DNA of 64,000 nt from assembly GCA_050084985.1 (NCBI GenBank), contig JBITNC010000001.1, forward strand, positions 150,660,001 to 150,724,000, read 5' to 3'. A program made the translations under genes and the position numbers. This document shows positions 60,641-64,000 of the stretch, one piece after another. The DNA comes from Nageia nagi (Eukaryota > Plantae > Pinophyta). Under the pieces are notes generated by a model. It did no database searches. It saw nothing but the letters and a program-made list of their open reading frames with translations, and was not told the DNA's origin. The stretch's first letter is position 1, and the number at the start of each line of letters is the position of its first letter.

Positions 60641-63600
60641 AGTCAAGAAGTAAAAGAGGCATAAATCAAAACATAATATTTATGCTATTATGTTTATATC
60701 ATTAAGATGAATTTATATAACATATTTTTTGAAAACTTAATCCATGAAGACTAATTGTAATATTATTAGAATTAGGTTTTACACGTGCATGGTGGGGGGT
60801 GGTGGGGTCAGTAGAAAGCCTTCAAAATACATGCATCCATGGGCTTCTTAAAAAAAAAAGCTCTATTTTTTAAATTTACTACCTTATCTTCTAATCTATT
60901 AAACCCCTCATGGTAAAACGTATAAAATAAATAATAATATTAAAAAAAAAAAAACTTACCATTTTATGGAAAAATATTGAATCAATTTTTAATACCCCTT
61001 AAAAATTTTATCCCTTGATATCGTCACCTAGAATTATAGCAGTCCAAGACTTTACTAATCAAAAGCCTTAGCTAATGTTATTTAAAGTTGCCCATAATGA
61101 TGAATCCTAAGATGGAGTGAAAAGTATTTATCTAAAAAAGTAACATACAAAATAAGATCACTTGAAAGTGAAAAAAAATAATTAAAAATGAGAACATTTT
61201 TAAACTTGGTATTCAACTGCCTTATAATATTATACTTTCACTATCCCATCCTATACATAATATATAGGAATGAGTTAATTTTCATCAATGCATTTAGTAA
61301 TAAATAACTTGTAATTTATGCTTGAGATTTTCTAGGATTGAAACCATTTTTCTAAAACATAGATAATGTATGATACTGACATGGGGAATACACATTTTGA
61401 AACCATTACAATAGAATGTGTTTAAAACTAAACAACATATATTGAAATCAATTAAACAACTACCATCATTCAAACCCTTATAATGATGTCAATTGATCAA
61501 TTATATCATATGTACAGATATGTAAATATTTTTTGTAAGTTATAGGTGATTATAGTTAAAATAAACATCCCACCTTAAAATATGTATTACAAGTGTTATT
61601 GTATTTGTAAGAGAGTTAATTGAACATTTATTATTTTGGATCTTCTAATTACCCTCAAAATATTGTAACAAAGTAAATTGTAAAATCAATATATTAGATC
61701 ACACTTAACTATTCTATATCAAAATGTAATCTTCTACTAAACATCTTTAACTTATTATTAGAATAAATTTATTTGAAAAATCAACATTTTAGATAATATT
61801 ATACTATATTCATCAAGTTGAAATCTTGTAGTAACCAACATTTCAATTCACACTTTTCTTTTCTATATCAAATTGTTATATCGAATAAGATACTTTATAA
61901 CATACTTTTATATAATATAAATTGAATTATAATCCTTCCCTCTAATAAAACTATTTAATAAATAAATATTTAAAATTTAAGATATTTACAATACTAAATA
62001 ATATAACATATTAACTATAAATTAGATGAGATAATTATATTTTAAATGTTTAAATTATAAAATAATTTTTTTTAATGGGTAAAATTCCGTTTTAAATTAT
62101 ATCCAAAAGGATTCTTATTGAGCTCATGTTTCAACTCATTTACGTGAATGAATCATCCTTTAATTTTTAGAATAGAACTTCCATCTTACATATGAAATAT
62201 TAAACCCTTTCAAATTCAAAACTTTTACTAATACTTAATTGAATAAAAATTTAATCAAGCATTCAATGTTGATCCTTTTTTAATGTTGTATGATTTCACT
62301 TCAACTACCATGGTCTCCCATTTTGTACCATGACTACATTGCAATGAAAAGAAAAAAAGAAAGATGCCTTCACCTCTATAAAACCATGGTCAAGACTATA
62401 GGACTCATCTCATACCTGAAAAAAATGTGTATATTTTGTAAATAATTCAAAATATTTACAAGTCATATCTCACAAAATAGTGATAAATATAAGAAGCTTT
62501 CTCTCTAGTTATCATGACACATTAGCATCCACTATGTTCTCAGACATGTTTGACATGTTTTCCTGGGGCAAGCCACTGACAGTTAGAGAGGGGCTTGTCT
62601 ATAGTTGATTTCCTTTTGTCTACTTCGTATGTACTATTAGATCCTCAATAGTGAATGAGAGTTTAATCTCTCAATAAATATAACTAATGCAAATGACTAA
62701 ATCTTTCAGATGCGATGAAAGCTTGTTGGAGTTCTCAGCATATTTCTAGATTATTACCTCATTATTTCCTAAAGTTTTCCATCCTATGATATTTCACTCT
62801 TATCATTGACTCACAAAGCCTTTTTGTTGATCTTAGTGAAGGATCAATTGGAATATAATAATAAAAATAAACTATTATCCATAGTGGAGGAGCCCCTTTA
62901 TCAGCATGGGGTGACCAGTGACATTAGTCACACCATCGTAACCCAATTTCATTTCCAAATTTGATCCCTGATACTAACTTGCTTGTTGAAAAGTTTTAAT
63001 ATTTTAAATTTAAATAACATTTTAAGTTTCATTTCTTTTAATTTCACATATTAATTTTATTACTTGATAAGGTAATTTATTTCTTGTTACTTAAAACAAA
63101 TCATAATATTTACTTTACATATTACATTAATGTTTATAGGAATTACCAAATTTTGTCCATAAGTAAATATATGAATTAAGTATATGAATAGTTATTTCTC
63201 ATATACTTTAATTGTATAATAAAATAATCCAGCTTATTTCTCGTATAATTTTTTAATTTCTTTTTTCCCTTTCAAAAAATATATAATTTGAATTACAAAG
63301 AAATGCTCAATAAAATAAAAGATTTTATTTTATTTTTCATAATTTATCAATCTATTCTTTATCAAATAAAAAACAATCTAAAGGAGTTTATAATTAACTA
63401 AATAAAAAATAAAAATGTTTATTATGATAGTTGAGGGAATTTGAGAAATTAAAGTTATAATAAATTTAGAATACAAGTTCAAATATAACACCCCCTACTC
63501 CTTTTTTTTAATACGAGTAGAATTTATTGCAAAGATTGTCTACTCCCTCTCCCTATAAAATACTTACCAATATTCTGATAGTTCAACTTGATAGGAAAGT

Positions 63601-63700
63601 AACTCTTGGTAGGACTCATGTGGTATTTACCATTTCCTAAGGGTGACCCCCTCCAATGTACATATTTAGGTGAAATAGAAGTATTTTGTATTTCCATATT

Positions 63701-64000
63701 TGTAAGTGGAAGAAATTCAACATGTCATTAGGAGGTTCAAGAGCCATTAGAAATTTTTATTTTTTAGAAATTCTCTATAAGGGGTTCTCCTTTTTGTATA
63801 CTTAGCATTTTAGAATGTAATTTAGCTTTTTGGAGTTAATACTATTTCATATTTGCATCCTCATATGAGCCTTACATGGTATCAGAGCAAGGGCTCATTT
63901 TCTTGCAAATCCATAGACTCCAAAACCCATTTCAACCTTCATTTTTCTCCATATCCCTTTGTCAAAACCCATTTTTGAACTCATTTATGGATACTCATTT
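63701..64000 (+). mobile_element. 5' LTR (63701-63876) and tRNA-Met PBS of an LTR retrotransposon continuing past the window
   Basis: TGTAAG...CTTACA termini; TATA near 63776; TGGTATCAGAGC at 63877-63888. Confidence 0.8.

Overview
This is AT-rich, repeat-dominated plant nuclear DNA. The giant introns and the style of the LTR retroelements suggest a gymnosperm or conifer; that is an inference, not a determination. The one host gene is the 3' part of an intact, spliced murC (UDP-N-acetylmuramate-L-alanine ligase, plastid peptidoglycan pathway) on the + strand. Its five exons (2600-2877, 3042-3111, 3198-3293, 16523-16598, 32943-32995) join in frame through canonical GT-AG sites into 190 aa plus stop. 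Two of the introns are giant (13.2 and 16.3 kb). Those introns and the 31 kb downstream are filled with nested, mostly decayed transposons: Gypsy LTRs and solo LTRs with target-site duplications (TSDs); an Ogre/Tat-like derivative with an antisense plant-mobile-domain (PMD) pseudogene; an LTR family with an internal ~183-bp tandem array, present in three different murC introns; hAT remnants; Copia remnants; and a 13.4-kb non-autonomous Gypsy element. That last element holds an 8.9-kb hAT-like insertion and a complete 269-bp miniature LTR retrotransposon with 64-bp LTRs. Almost all ORFs in the supplied track are spurious or transposon fragments.
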